Shown: one piece after another, positions 11,537 to 21,149 of the stretch
Layout: the number at the start of each line of letters is the position of its first letter
Position numbering within the stretch: the first letter of the stretch is position 1
Assembly: GCA_965242965.1 (NCBI GenBank)
Contig: OZ251518.1
Span: 288,001-352,000, forward strand
DNA: 64,000 nucleotides
Source of the DNA: Candidatus Poribacteria bacterium
GTDB taxonomy: Bacteria > Poribacteria > WGA-4E > WGA-3G
Reading direction: 5' to 3'
Position numbers and translations under genes: made by a program
Notes under the pieces: model-generated
What the model saw: the letters and a program-made list of their open reading frames with translations, nothing else
The model's database searches: none
What the model was told of the DNA's origin: nothing

Positions 11537-12382
11537 ATGGTAGAAAATGTTGCAGTGTTAACCCCGTCCTCATTCCGCGCGTGGGTGCGTGCTGTTGTCA
11601 TTGATGAGGCATTCTTTGCCGATAGAGCATCTCTCGCGGCGGTGCTGGCGAGCGGCAAACCCTGCATCTGCGGCAAGCGCGCTAGCACCGACCCGAGTTC
11701 CCCGGAAGAGCCGTTCCGTATTTTTTGGGATGGCTATTGGGACTTTGCGTTCACCTTAGGTGTGCCGGAAGATTCGCTGCTCGCACTGCTTGACTTGTGC
11801 GATGAGGTCGCGCGTCACTTACAGTTGCAAACCGATGTGCCGCTACTGCGGCATCGTTTGAAGGCCATTGAATCGCAGCGGAACATGTCGCCGGTGGGGC
11901 GCAAGGTGCGGCGAAATGGCGGTGATATCGCGATAAACGAGCCTGCACCGTCAATAAAGGTGCGGGATTTATCGGAAGCGGACTTCCGAGCGTTTGTGGA
12001 GAGGCTTGTCAACGGGCCGCTGTTCACTGCCCGTGCCCGGGTTGTGAAAGTGTTGCACACGCTGCCGCCCGTTTGCGCCACGGAGGTGCCGCTGTCCACG
12101 CTGCTCTCGCAGTGCCTCGGTGCCCCCGCGGCGCGGTGTCCGGAGGCGGTGGCAGTCGTTGCGACAGAGATGCCGTTGTTCTCGGCGTTCTTTGCCTTTT
12201 TCGTGGAGCACTTGGCGTTGGAAGTGTTCCTCGAAGAGTATTATTACGACTCCGACGAAGGGTTGGAGCTGCGCGCAGAATTGCTGGAAGAGATAGAACA
12301 CAATCTTGCAGAAAAGAAGGCAGGCAGAACTAAGGCGACTCCCCTGGCAGAGGTGGCGAAAAAGTTCGGGGTAGCGTTGTGA
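11537..12382 (+). CDS. Unusually long putative antitoxin of the RelE toxin (copy 1)
   Basis: Stop overlaps the relE-like start; C-terminal DSDEGLELRAE..TPLAEVAKKFG antitoxin-type tail. Confidence 0.7.
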   Translation: MVENVAVLTPSSFRAWVRAVVIDEAFFADRASLAAVLASGKPCICGKRASTDPSSPEEPFRIFWDGYWDFAFTLGVPEDSLLALLDLCDEVARHLQLQTDVPLLRHRLKAIESQRNMSPVGRKVRRNGGDIAINEPAPSIKVRDLSEADFRAFVERLVNGPLFTARARVVKVLHTLPPVCATEVPLSTLLSQCLGAPAARCPEAVAVVATEMPLFSAFFAFFVEHLALEVFLEEYYYDSDEGLELRAELLEEIEHNLAEKKAGRTKATPLAEVAKKFGVAL

Positions 12383-12642
12383 TGTATGCGCTAGAACTTG
12401 AACCTCGTGCCGAATCTGATTTGAAGCGGTTAGACGCGACGATACGGAAACGGATTTTTCAAAGTTTGGCAGATTTGTGCGAGACCTGCGAGACACGCCC
12501 ACACTATGCACTGCGTGGGCCCCATCGGGGTAAATTCCGTATCGTCGTGGCGAGAGTCTATCGCGTCATCTATACTTTTGATAAGTCAAGTCGGGAAGTA
12601 ACCGTTCATCGCATTCGGCACCGAAGCCGCGCCTATGATTAA
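12379..12642 (+). CDS. RelE/ParE-family toxin (copy 1)
   Basis: 87 aa, basic; AESDLKRLD, FRIVV, YRVIY and IRHRSRAY motifs. Confidence 0.9.
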   Translation: MMYALELEPRAESDLKRLDATIRKRIFQSLADLCETCETRPHYALRGPHRGKFRIVVARVYRVIYTFDKSSREVTVHRIRHRSRAYD

Positions 12643-12742
12643 CCGCGAAACCGAACTTCAATAGGACTTACGCAGTCCTAACTGCGTTGAAAGGTATCAT
12701 AATTGGGTATCGCATATTTCATAATAGTTTAAGGAGGCTCAG

Positions 12743-13585
12743 ATGATAGAAAATGTTGCAGCGTTAACCCCGTCCTCATTCCGCGCGTGGGTGCGTTCCG
12801 TTGTCGTTGATGAGGCATTCTTCGCGGATAGGGCATCTCTGGCTGCGGTGCTGGCGAGCGGCAAACCTTGTATCTGCGGCAAGCGCGCCAGCACCGACCC
12901 GAGTTCCCCCGAAGAGCCGTTCCGTATTTTTTGGGATGGCTACTGGGACTTTGCGTTCACCTTAGGTGTGCCGGAAGATTCACTGCTCGCGCTGCTTGAC
13001 TTGTGCGCTGAGGTCTCGCGTCACTTACAGTTGCAAACTGATGTGCCGCTATTGCTGCATCGTTTGAAGGCCATTGAATCGCAGCGGAAAATGTCGCCGG
13101 TGGGACGCAAGGTGCGGCAAAACGGGGGTGACATCGCGATAAACGAGCCGGCACCGTCAATAAAGGTGCGGGATTTATCAGAGGGGGATTTCCGGGTGTT
13201 TGTGGAGACGCTTGTCAACGGGCCGCTGTTCACTGCCCGCGACCGGGTTGTGAAAGTGTTGGACACGCTGCCGCCGGTTTGCACCACGGAGGTGCCGCTG
13301 TCCACGCTGCTCTCGCAGTGCCTGGGTGCCCCTGCGGCGCGCTGCCCAGAGGCAGTGGCATTCATTGCGACAGAGATGCCGTTGTTCTCGGCGTTCTTTG
13401 CCTTCTTCGTGGAGCACTTGGCGTTGGAGGTGTTCCTCGAAGATTACTACTACGATTCCGACGAAGGGTTGGAGCTGCGCGCAGAATTGCTGGAAGAAAT
13501 AGAGCGAGACATTGAGTATATCAAGGCAGGCGGCAGAACTTATACCCTTGAAGAGGTTTTCGATGAATTGGAGTCGGCACCGTAA
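12743..13585 (+). CDS. Unusually long putative antitoxin (copy 2)
   Basis: Near-identical to 11537..12382 except for the last ~25 aa. Confidence 0.7.
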   Translation: MIENVAALTPSSFRAWVRSVVVDEAFFADRASLAAVLASGKPCICGKRASTDPSSPEEPFRIFWDGYWDFAFTLGVPEDSLLALLDLCAEVSRHLQLQTDVPLLLHRLKAIESQRKMSPVGRKVRQNGGDIAINEPAPSIKVRDLSEGDFRVFVETLVNGPLFTARDRVVKVLDTLPPVCTTEVPLSTLLSQCLGAPAARCPEAVAFIATEMPLFSAFFAFFVEHLALEVFLEDYYYDSDEGLELRAELLEEIERDIEYIKAGGRTYTLEEVFDELESAP

Positions 13586-13845
13586 TGTATACGTTGGAGT
13601 TGCTCCCAGCTGCCAGAAGGGATATTCGACGCTTGGATGGCACTATCCGCGCCCGCGTCCGCGATGCCCTTGATAAGTTGTGCGCAACTTGCGACACGCG
13701 TCCGCACGAAGCACTCCGCGGACCGCATCGCGGCAAATTTCGCATAAAAGTAGCGAGGCACTATCGTGTCATTTATCGCTTTGACAAGTCAATCCGAGTC
13801 GTTACCGTTCATCGCGTTCGTCACCGAAGCCGCGCCTATGATTAA
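13585..13845 (+). CDS. RelE/ParE-family toxin (copy 2)
   Basis: Paralogue of 12379..12642; TAATG stop-start overlap. Confidence 0.9.
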   Translation: MYTLELLPAARRDIRRLDGTIRARVRDALDKLCATCDTRPHEALRGPHRGKFRIKVARHYRVIYRFDKSIRVVTVHRVRHRSRAYD

Positions 13846-13846
13846 C

Positions 13847-14233
13847 AAGGGGGTTTCATATATTGATGTTTTCCCGGTAGGAGAGACCAGGAGGTCTCTC
13901 CTACCGGAAGGCGTTGGGCCCACCTCTGTAGTTTGTGATCGCCAGATCACAAACGGGTCAGGATCAGGCGATCTTGACCTACAGGGGTGATGCGGTTTGC
14001 CAGCAAAACGCATGGCGAGGGACAGGCCCTCGCCCTACGGGAAGGGACGGCGTTTTTTTCATCGTAGCGCGGGGGCCTGTCCCCCGCGATCGTTATCGTC
14101 AAGCGGTGGCGTTTTAGGTCCTACGGATCTGCAGAGAACAAAACACGTTTTTTCCCTAGCGCGAGCGATGGCGAGGGACAGGCCCTCGCCCTACGGTAAA
14201 GTACCGTTTTTTTCCCGTTTATGAAATACCCTT
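13847..14233. mobile_element. MITE-like REP cassette with a 7-bp target-site duplication
   Basis: AAGGGGGTTTCATA...TATGAAATACCCTT; GATTAAC at 13840-13846 and 14234-14240; empty paralogous site at 12637-12643. Confidence 0.85.
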
Positions 14234-14260
14234 GATTAACCGCGAAACTGAAAATTGCAT

Positions 14261-14289
14261 TTGACAAAAATCGCGTTGCAAGGTATCAT
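14261..14289 (+). promoter_or_regulatory. Sigma70-type promoter of the methyltransferase
   Basis: TTGACA-17 nt-TATCAT. Confidence 0.7.
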
Positions 14290-14307
14290 AATTTCAGTCC
14301 AAATCAG

Positions 14308-14376
14308 GAGCAGGATTTCCACGATTTCCAGCAGGATTTTCGGGATTTCCAACAGGATTTCCACGATTTCTAAGAT
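14308..14376. repeat. Short-period (C)AGGATTT / ACGATTT repeat tract in the methyltransferase leader
   Basis: gagcaggatttccacgatttccagcaggattttcgggatttccaacaggatttccacgattt. Confidence 0.75.
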
Positions 14377-14415
14377 GATACCAAAACGCTTGTTTCTGCC
14401 GATGAGATAACTTTT

Positions 14416-17400
14416 ATGCAATTTAATGTCAACCAAACACGCAACTATCTCCAAGAATCCGAGTTTGAACCCCTCTTCGTTGAGGAACTCGGATGGGAGT
14501 ATCATACGCAGGCTTTCAGCGTGACGGTAGATGACACCAAATACGCACTCGCCGCTATCGCCGAGAAACGCGGCATGGTGGTATTCCGCTGCACCGCCAC
14601 CGATGGAAAACCGATGCCGAACTACGCCACGCGGCGCGCCATCCAACGGCAGGTGGCGAAATCGGTGCACGAACACGTTATCATTTATACCGACGCGGCG
14701 AAAACTACCCAAGTCTGGCAGTGGGTCAGACGCGAACAAGGAAGACCCGAGGCTTGCCGCGAACACCGCTATCATCACGAACAGGCCGGCGACGCACTCC
14801 TCCAAAAATTGCAAACCCTTGCGTTTAGCTTGGAGGAGGAAGAAGGCGTGTCAATCGTTGATGTTACGGGACGCGTCCGTGCCGCCTTTGACGTGACACC
14901 CGTCACCAAACGCTTTTATGAACGCTTCAAAAAGGAACACGAAGCCTTCCTTCAGTTCCTCAACGGCATCCCCGATATAGAGACGCAAGAGTCGTATGTC
15001 TCTGTCATGCTCAATCGGCTGATGTTTATCTACTTCATCCAGAAGAAGGGGTTTCTTAACGGCGATACCGATTATCTCCGCACGAACCTCAACCGCAGCC
15101 AAACCGAAGGCACCGACAGGTTCTATCAAGAGTTCCTCTGTCCTCTCTTTTTTGAGGGCTTCGCGAAACCGAAACCCGAACGCACCGCGGCGATAAACCA
15201 ACGCCTCGGCGAGGTGCCTTATCTCAACGGCGGCATCTTCCAACACCATCGCATTGAGCAACAGCACGGCGAAACTCTCCACATCCCCGATAAAGCGTTT
15301 GACCGGCTCTTCACGTTCTTTGAGCAGTATCAGTGGCACCTCGATGAACGGCCGCTCCGCAACGATAACGAAATCAACCCCGATGTCCTCGGCTATATCT
15401 TCGAGAAATATGTGAATGAACGGCAGAAAATGGGCGCATATTATACCCCAGAGGACATCACCAAGTATATCAGCCAGAACACGATCATCCCGTTCCTTTT
15501 CGACGCGGCGCGCGAGGCTTGCAAAATCGCTTTTGAAGGCGATGCCACCGTCTGGCAGCTGCTTCAAACTGACCCGGGCCGGTATATTTACGATGCCGTT
15601 AAAAAGGGTGTTAAACAACCCTTACCGCCAAAAATCGCCATCGGCATTGACGATGTCTCCAAACGCACCGCATGGAATACCCGCGCGTCAGCGGAATACA
15701 CATTGCCGACAGAAATCTGGCGGGAAGTCGTCGCGCGGCGGCAGCGTTACGAACGCGTGCATGCCAAATTGGTAAACGGCGAGATTACCGACATCAACGC
15801 GCTCATCACCGAAAACCTTGACATCCAGCAATTCGCGCAAGATGTCATCGAGACATGCGAAGGGCCAGACCTGCTCCGCGCGTTTTGGCATGCCATCACG
15901 CAGGTCACCGTCCTCGATCCGACGTGTGGTTCCGGTGCATTCCTCTTCGCCGCCTTGAATATCCTAGAGCCCCTCTACGATGCATGTCTTGAACGGATGC
16001 AAGCGTTTATTGACGAAGCAGATGCTTCCAGTAGGAGAGACCTCCCGGGCTCGATGAGAACCGACCTCCCGAACGGGTCAGGATCAGGCGATCCTGAACT
16101 ACAGAGTAGGAGAGACCTCCCGGTCTCGACATTTTCCGGTAGGAGAGACCTCCCGGTTTCGAACTCACCTCCCCACGCGCGCTACACCGACTTCCGCGAC
16201 ATCCTCGCACGCACCGCGCAACACCCGAGCCCCCGTTACTTCATCCTCAAATCCATCGTCATCAACAACCTCTATGGCGTGGATATTATGGACGAAGCCG
16301 CCGAGATTTGCAAACTCCGTCTCTTCCTCAAAATGGTGGCGCAGATCGATGACGTGAACCAGATCGAACCGCTGCCAGACATTGACTTCAACGTGCAGGC
16401 AGGCAACACCCTCGTCGGATACACCACCCTTAACGAGGTAGAAAAGGCAGTCACCGGACAGTTCGATTTTGACGACACGATGGCGCGCATCCGCGAACGC
16501 GCCGAGGACGTTGACGCGCTCTTTTCCCTGTTTCGTCAGCAACAGACAGAACTGGGCGGCGATGTAACGCTTGACGACAAACAGGCGTTGCAAGGAAAAC
16601 TGGCGGCGTTATCCGATGAACTGAACGGCTACCTTGCGGGGGAATACGGTGTGGAGACGAACAACGTCGAGGCGTTTCAGCAGTGGCTTTCGTCGCATCA
16701 GCCGTTCCACTGGTTCATCGCGTTTTACGGTATCCTTGACAAAGGTGGGTTTGACGTGATTATCGGGAATCCGCCGTATGTGGAATATAGCAAGGTGAAG
16801 AAGGATTACACGATTCGCGGGTATGAGACAGAGAGTTGCGGTAATCTCTACGCGTTTTCAACCGAAAGAAGTTTGAGACTTCTTAACAACTCAAGCAGTT
16901 TCGGTCTCATCGTTCCGATGAGCCTAGTCTGCAATCAGAGAATGGAAACGCTGCAAGAAATCACTCGGTCATCAAAGTCGGTCTGGCTGAGTAATTTCTC
17001 CGAAAGACCTAGTAAACTCTTCGTTGGTGCTGAAGTTCTTTTAACAATCCTGCTGAGTAGATCGGATCGGAAAGCCGAACAGATCCTTGCTACAACTGGG
17101 TTGACAAAGTGGACTAGCGAGGAACGAAAGGGTCTCTTTCATAATATCGCTTACCATTCCGGCGCGGATAAAATTAATCCGCATGTAATTCCAAAACTTC
17201 GCTCAAATGCGGAGTCCCGTATCCTCGAAAAATTGTCTTCCCAGACAGGATATCTGCGGAATCATCTATTGAAACATTCCGAGAACTCCATCTACTATCG
17301 CACTAGTGGTGGGCGATATTGGAAGGTGTTTACAGATTTCCCACCGGTGTTTAAGGTTAATGGCAAGTCAGAACCTTCTACTGCCGAAAAGTTATTGAGT

Positions 17401-17787
17401 GTTAAAGCTCCCGAAATATTGAAACCTATCATTGCAGTTTTGAGCAGTAATCTGTTTTGGTGGTGGTACACGATTACGACAGACTCTCGAAATCTTCCCG
17501 TGTATGCTATTCAGGATTTCCCTGTGCCTCAGTCTGCGCTGGAGGATCCTGAACTTGCAAGACTCGGCGAGGTGTATTTGGCGGACCTGCGTCGCAACAG
17601 TGAAATGAAGGTTCGCGAACAAAAGTCGAAAGGCAAAACCGAAACGCAGACGTTCAAGATCCAAAAGTCCAAACCGATTATTGACGAGATTGATCGGGTG
17701 CTTGCGGAACATTATGGTTTCACGGATGAGGAGTTGGACTTCATCATCAACTACGACATCAAATATCGGATGGGGCTCGGTGGTTGA
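14416..17787 (+). CDS. N6-adenine DNA methyltransferase, Eco57I/type IIG-like, with a C-terminal target-recognition region
   Basis: YLNGGIF, DVLGYIFEKY, GAYYTP, DPTCGSGAF (motif I) and IGNPPY (motif IV). Confidence 0.92.
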   Translation: MQFNVNQTRNYLQESEFEPLFVEELGWEYHTQAFSVTVDDTKYALAAIAEKRGMVVFRCTATDGKPMPNYATRRAIQRQVAKSVHEHVIIYTDAAKTTQVWQWVRREQGRPEACREHRYHHEQAGDALLQKLQTLAFSLEEEEGVSIVDVTGRVRAAFDVTPVTKRFYERFKKEHEAFLQFLNGIPDIETQESYVSVMLNRLMFIYFIQKKGFLNGDTDYLRTNLNRSQTEGTDRFYQEFLCPLFFEGFAKPKPERTAAINQRLGEVPYLNGGIFQHHRIEQQHGETLHIPDKAFDRLFTFFEQYQWHLDERPLRNDNEINPDVLGYIFEKYVNERQKMGAYYTPEDITKYISQNTIIPFLFDAAREACKIAFEGDATVWQLLQTDPGRYIYDAVKKGVKQPLPPKIAIGIDDVSKRTAWNTRASAEYTLPTEIWREVVARRQRYERVHAKLVNGEITDINALITENLDIQQFAQDVIETCEGPDLLRAFWHAITQVTVLDPTCGSGAFLFAALNILEPLYDACLERMQAFIDEADASSRRDLPGSMRTDLPNGSGSGDPELQSRRDLPVSTFSGRRDLPVSNSPPHARYTDFRDILARTAQHPSPRYFILKSIVINNLYGVDIMDEAAEICKLRLFLKMVAQIDDVNQIEPLPDIDFNVQAGNTLVGYTTLNEVEKAVTGQFDFDDTMARIRERAEDVDALFSLFRQQQTELGGDVTLDDKQALQGKLAALSDELNGYLAGEYGVETNNVEAFQQWLSSHQPFHWFIAFYGILDKGGFDVIIGNPPYVEYSKVKKDYTIRGYETESCGNLYAFSTERSLRLLNNSSSFGLIVPMSLVCNQRMETLQEITRSSKSVWLSNFSERPSKLFVGAEVLLTILLSRSDRKAEQILATTGLTKWTSEERKGLFHNIAYHSGADKINPHVIPKLRSNAESRILEKLSSQTGYLRNHLLKHSENSIYYRTSGGRYWKVFTDFPPVFKVNGKSEPSTAEKLLSVKAPEILKPIIAVLSSNLFWWWYTITTDSRNLPVYAIQDFPVPQSALEDPELARLGEVYLADLRRNSEMKVREQKSKGKTETQTFKIQKSKPIIDEIDRVLAEHYGFTDEELDFIINYDIKYRMGLGG
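16031..16162. repeat. In-frame REP insertion in the methyltransferase
   Basis: Three GTAGGAGAGACCTCCCGG copies plus one GGTCAGGATCAGGCGATCCTGAACTAC. Confidence 0.9.
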
Positions 17788-17808
17788 ACGCATTCCACTC
17801 CGGGGTCC

Positions 17809-18582
17809 GTAGCGATGCCCGTGGCCCGTAGCGCGAGGGCCTGTCCCTCGCGATCGTTGGAGTGCGCGGACGATGGCGAGGGACAGGCCCTCGCCCTACG
17901 GTGAGGAATGACGTTTTTTCATCGTAGCGCGGGGGCCTGTCCCCCGCGAGCGCCATTGTCACGATGAGTGTTTCCCCGCTGTAGTTTGTGATCGCCTGAT
18001 CACAAACAGGTCAGGATCAGGCGATCCTGACCTACAGAGCCTGGCGCGCGGACGATGGCGAGGGCCCAAGCCCTACGATGAAGGGGGGGATTTTCGCGGC
18101 CCGTAGCGCGGGGGCCTGTCCCCCGCGATCGTTGGAGTGCGCGAACGCTGGCGAGGGACAGGCCCTCGCCCTACGGGAACGCACGCCGTTTTTTCGGAGG
18201 CATCGTTCTTAGGTCCTTTAGGACCTTAATGTCTATAGAAATACGTGTCAGCCCGTTTTCAAGGTCTTTTAAGACCTTAATAAAAAATACGCGCGGCCCT
18301 GGCAAAACACATTAAGGACCTAAAGGACCTTAGGATTCTTCGCGGACGCGAGTGCTATAGACATTAAGGTCCTAAAGGACCTAAAGAGACGTGTTTTCAT
18401 CTGTAGTTTGTGATCGCCTGATCACAAACGGGTCAGGAGCAGGTGCTCCTGAACTACAGAGCCTGGCGCGCGGGCGATGGCGAGGGACAGGCCCTCGCCC
18501 TACGGTGAGGGAGGATTTTCTGCCGTCGCCCCGAGGGGCGCGCCGACGGTATTGCATCGAGACCGGGAGGTCTTTCCTACGG
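17809..18582. repeat. Large mixed REP-like cluster
   Basis: Many GTAG palindromes plus AGGTCC-TAAA-GGACCT units. Confidence 0.9.
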
Positions 18583-18633
18583 GGAGGGGAGAGCGAGATA
18601 AATATCAATCTGAATCATATAGGAGGAACAATC

Positions 18634-19536
18634 ATGACGCAAAACGTTTTTCTTGGAGAACACGAACTTACCTTTCCGGGGCCGCACCTCGGCACGCTTC
18701 GGGATTGCAACAGCGTGCTTGAGTCCGCCGAGGGATTGCATGCACAAATCGCTGAGGATGGGTATCTACTCGTCCGCGGCCTGATTGATAGAGAAAAGGT
18801 TATCGCCGCGCGGCGCGCGATTTTGGAATACGCTGAAGGCAACGGAAAGGACAACGTCTTCAAACCCGGCACCGAGATGATGGAGGCAGTCGCGGGCGAA
18901 GGAAGTCCCGGCCGGACGATGGGCGCACCCGCTGTGACGCATCATCCTGATGTGCAAGCCGTCTTGGAAGGCGATGAACTGTTCCGATTTTTCCGCAATT
19001 TTTTTGGCGGCGAGACGCGCACTTTTGATTACAAGTGGCTGCGGTTTATTCGGCCTACCGTCTGGTCTGGCCCGCATTTCGATGTCGTCTATATGGGGCG
19101 CGGTTCCAAGCAGTTGCATACCTGCTGGGTGCCGTTCGGCGATGTGCCTGCGACGATGGGGACGCTCGCTGTCTTGGAGGGTTCGCATAACCTGCCGAGT
19201 TTCGCACGGATACGCGAGACATACGGGAAAACCGATGTCGATAAGGACGGGACACCGGGGCATTTCGGGCGCGACCCGCTGGAAATTAGCGATACTTACG
19301 GCGGCGCGTGGAAAACGGCGGATTTCGAGATGGGCGATGTCATCGTCTTCACGATGCACACGATGCACACCTCAACGAAGAATCTGTCGGATAGATGGCG
19401 CATTAGTTGCGATATCCGCTTCCAACCGGCGGCAGACCCGATTGATGAACGGTGGGTAGGTAAAAACCCGATTTCGCATACGGGCAGCCAGAAGATTTCG
19501 TTTGAGGAAGCGAAGAAGCAGTGGGGGCTCGCGTAG
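18634..19536 (+). CDS. Phytanoyl-CoA dioxygenase (PhyH) family Fe/2OG oxygenase
   Basis: AGGAGG RBS; DGYLLVRG, HFD, WVPFGD, GSH, GDVIVF..H and RISCDIRF. Confidence 0.9.
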   Translation: MTQNVFLGEHELTFPGPHLGTLRDCNSVLESAEGLHAQIAEDGYLLVRGLIDREKVIAARRAILEYAEGNGKDNVFKPGTEMMEAVAGEGSPGRTMGAPAVTHHPDVQAVLEGDELFRFFRNFFGGETRTFDYKWLRFIRPTVWSGPHFDVVYMGRGSKQLHTCWVPFGDVPATMGTLAVLEGSHNLPSFARIRETYGKTDVDKDGTPGHFGRDPLEISDTYGGAWKTADFEMGDVIVFTMHTMHTSTKNLSDRWRISCDIRFQPAADPIDERWVGKNPISHTGSQKISFEEAKKQWGLA

Positions 19537-19579
19537 GATAAGGGATTGTCCTTCGCTGTTCACGTTCGCGGGGGACAGG

Positions 19580-19715
19580 GCCGAGCAGGTCAGGATCAGG
19601 CGATCCTGAACTACAGACTCGCCAGCGTCCGCGCACTTCAACGTTCGCGGGGGACAGGCCCCCGCGCTACGGGCCAGGAACGCCAAACTCACAGGGGACA
19701 GGCCCCCGCGCTACG
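19580..19715. repeat. REP-like cluster between convergent genes
   Basis: ggtcaggatcaggcgatcctgaactac; ggggacaggcccccgcgctac twice. Confidence 0.85.
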
Positions 19716-19736
19716 TTCTGGAAAACGCCAAACTCG

Positions 19737-21053
19737 CTACGGGCCGGGGGTTAGCAATGCCGCCGCAATCGCCGCGAACATTTCCTCCACTTCGGTTACC
19801 TCAATGCACGAATACGCAATCCGCAACTCTGATTCACCGAGTGCGATGGTGCCGATGCCGTGCTCGGTGAGGAGGCGTTGACGGACAGTTTCGGCGTTCC
19901 CTTTTTTCAGGCGCAGGCACGTGAAATAACCGGCGTGACTCGGATAGACCTGCCATAATTCGGCATATCGCGCATCGGAGGCAACCTGTTTGACTTTCAT
20001 CGCGCGTGCCTTGAGGGTTTCAAAGTTGCGCCGCTTTTGTTCGGCGTAATCTGGCGCGTTCATCGCTGCAAGAATAAGTGTCTGCGCGATTTGTGCTGCG
20101 CCGGAAGTATTCGCCCGGATAAGCCCGCTGATTTTTTGTTCAAGCGGTTGCATTACGGCATCGTCCAGCGCGAACGTGAGAAACCCGATGCGCATGCCCC
20201 AGGCGTATTCCTCTTTCGTCGCGCCATCTATTTTCACGGGGACGACGTTCGGATGGCATCCTGCCAACATGCCGAAAAGTGATTCGTGCATCACGTCATC
20301 GTCATACCAGAAGCCCGCGTAGGCATCGTCAAGCATGACGAGGAGGTGGTTATCGGCATCTGCACATTCTGCACATTCGACAATTGCGTTGACAATTTCC
20401 TGCGCTTCGGCGCGCGTGATGGCGTAACCGGTGGGGTTATGCGGAAAATTGAGAAGGACGAGCGTCTTTCCAGCCGAATGTGCGCGCGTTGTGAGCGCGC
20501 CAACCTTGATAAGTGTCTCGCGGAAACCGTCGGTGTTAAAACGGTATTCGGCATCGTAGAAGGGATAAGTCATAACCTGCGCCTGCGCTTTGGTTTCAAA
20601 GATGAGCCGATAGTTGCCCCAGATTTTGTCGGGCAGCACTAGCGTATCACCACTATTGACGAAGAGCTCGGCGAGGAGACTGAGTCCGTGCGTCATGCCG
20701 TTCGTCACGATGGGTGAACTGAACGTCGCTTGGGCAAGCGATGGGTTTGTTTCGCGGAGGTGTGTCTTCCATTTCTGACGTAGTGCGGGTTGTCCAAGCA
20801 CGGGCGCGTAGCCGTAGACATTTTCCAGCGATGGGTTCGGCACGAGGGTGCGTGAGACAGGGAGGTGCATCATTTCTCCGTTTTCTAGTGCGATGGCGCG
20901 CGTTGCATTAAACCGATGCGCTTGCGCGTTCGCCTCGGCTGTCTGGCTTAAGATGCCTTTCGGCAGGTAGATGCGTTTCCCTAATTCGGAGAGGAGCGCG
21001 AAAAGTGCGGGTGATGCCGCGCGGATGTGTTCGTTTAATTCGGTTGCTGGCAT
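19737..21053 (-). CDS. Class I/II PLP-dependent aminotransferase
   Basis: NFPHNPTG, DDAYAG, GATKEEYAWGMRIG (PLP lysine) and LRIAYS. Confidence 0.9.
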   Translation of the reverse strand: MPATELNEHIRAASPALFALLSELGKRIYLPKGILSQTAEANAQAHRFNATRAIALENGEMMHLPVSRTLVPNPSLENVYGYAPVLGQPALRQKWKTHLRETNPSLAQATFSSPIVTNGMTHGLSLLAELFVNSGDTLVLPDKIWGNYRLIFETKAQAQVMTYPFYDAEYRFNTDGFRETLIKVGALTTRAHSAGKTLVLLNFPHNPTGYAITRAEAQEIVNAIVECAECADADNHLLVMLDDAYAGFWYDDDVMHESLFGMLAGCHPNVVPVKIDGATKEEYAWGMRIGFLTFALDDAVMQPLEQKISGLIRANTSGAAQIAQTLILAAMNAPDYAEQKRRNFETLKARAMKVKQVASDARYAELWQVYPSHAGYFTCLRLKKGNAETVRQRLLTEHGIGTIALGESELRIAYSCIEVTEVEEMFAAIAAALLTPGP

Positions 21054-21149
21054 AGTTTTTTCTAACAGAGGAAAATAGTTGTTGAAATTGTGCCGCATAA
21101 TCAATTTAATGTCAACCAATTTCGCCAAAATACGTCTTAAAATATAAAT

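Noticed and set aside
8111-17787. Complete DISARM or BREX system
   Set aside because: No DrmA/DrmB (DUF1998), PglZ or BrxC genes recognised.
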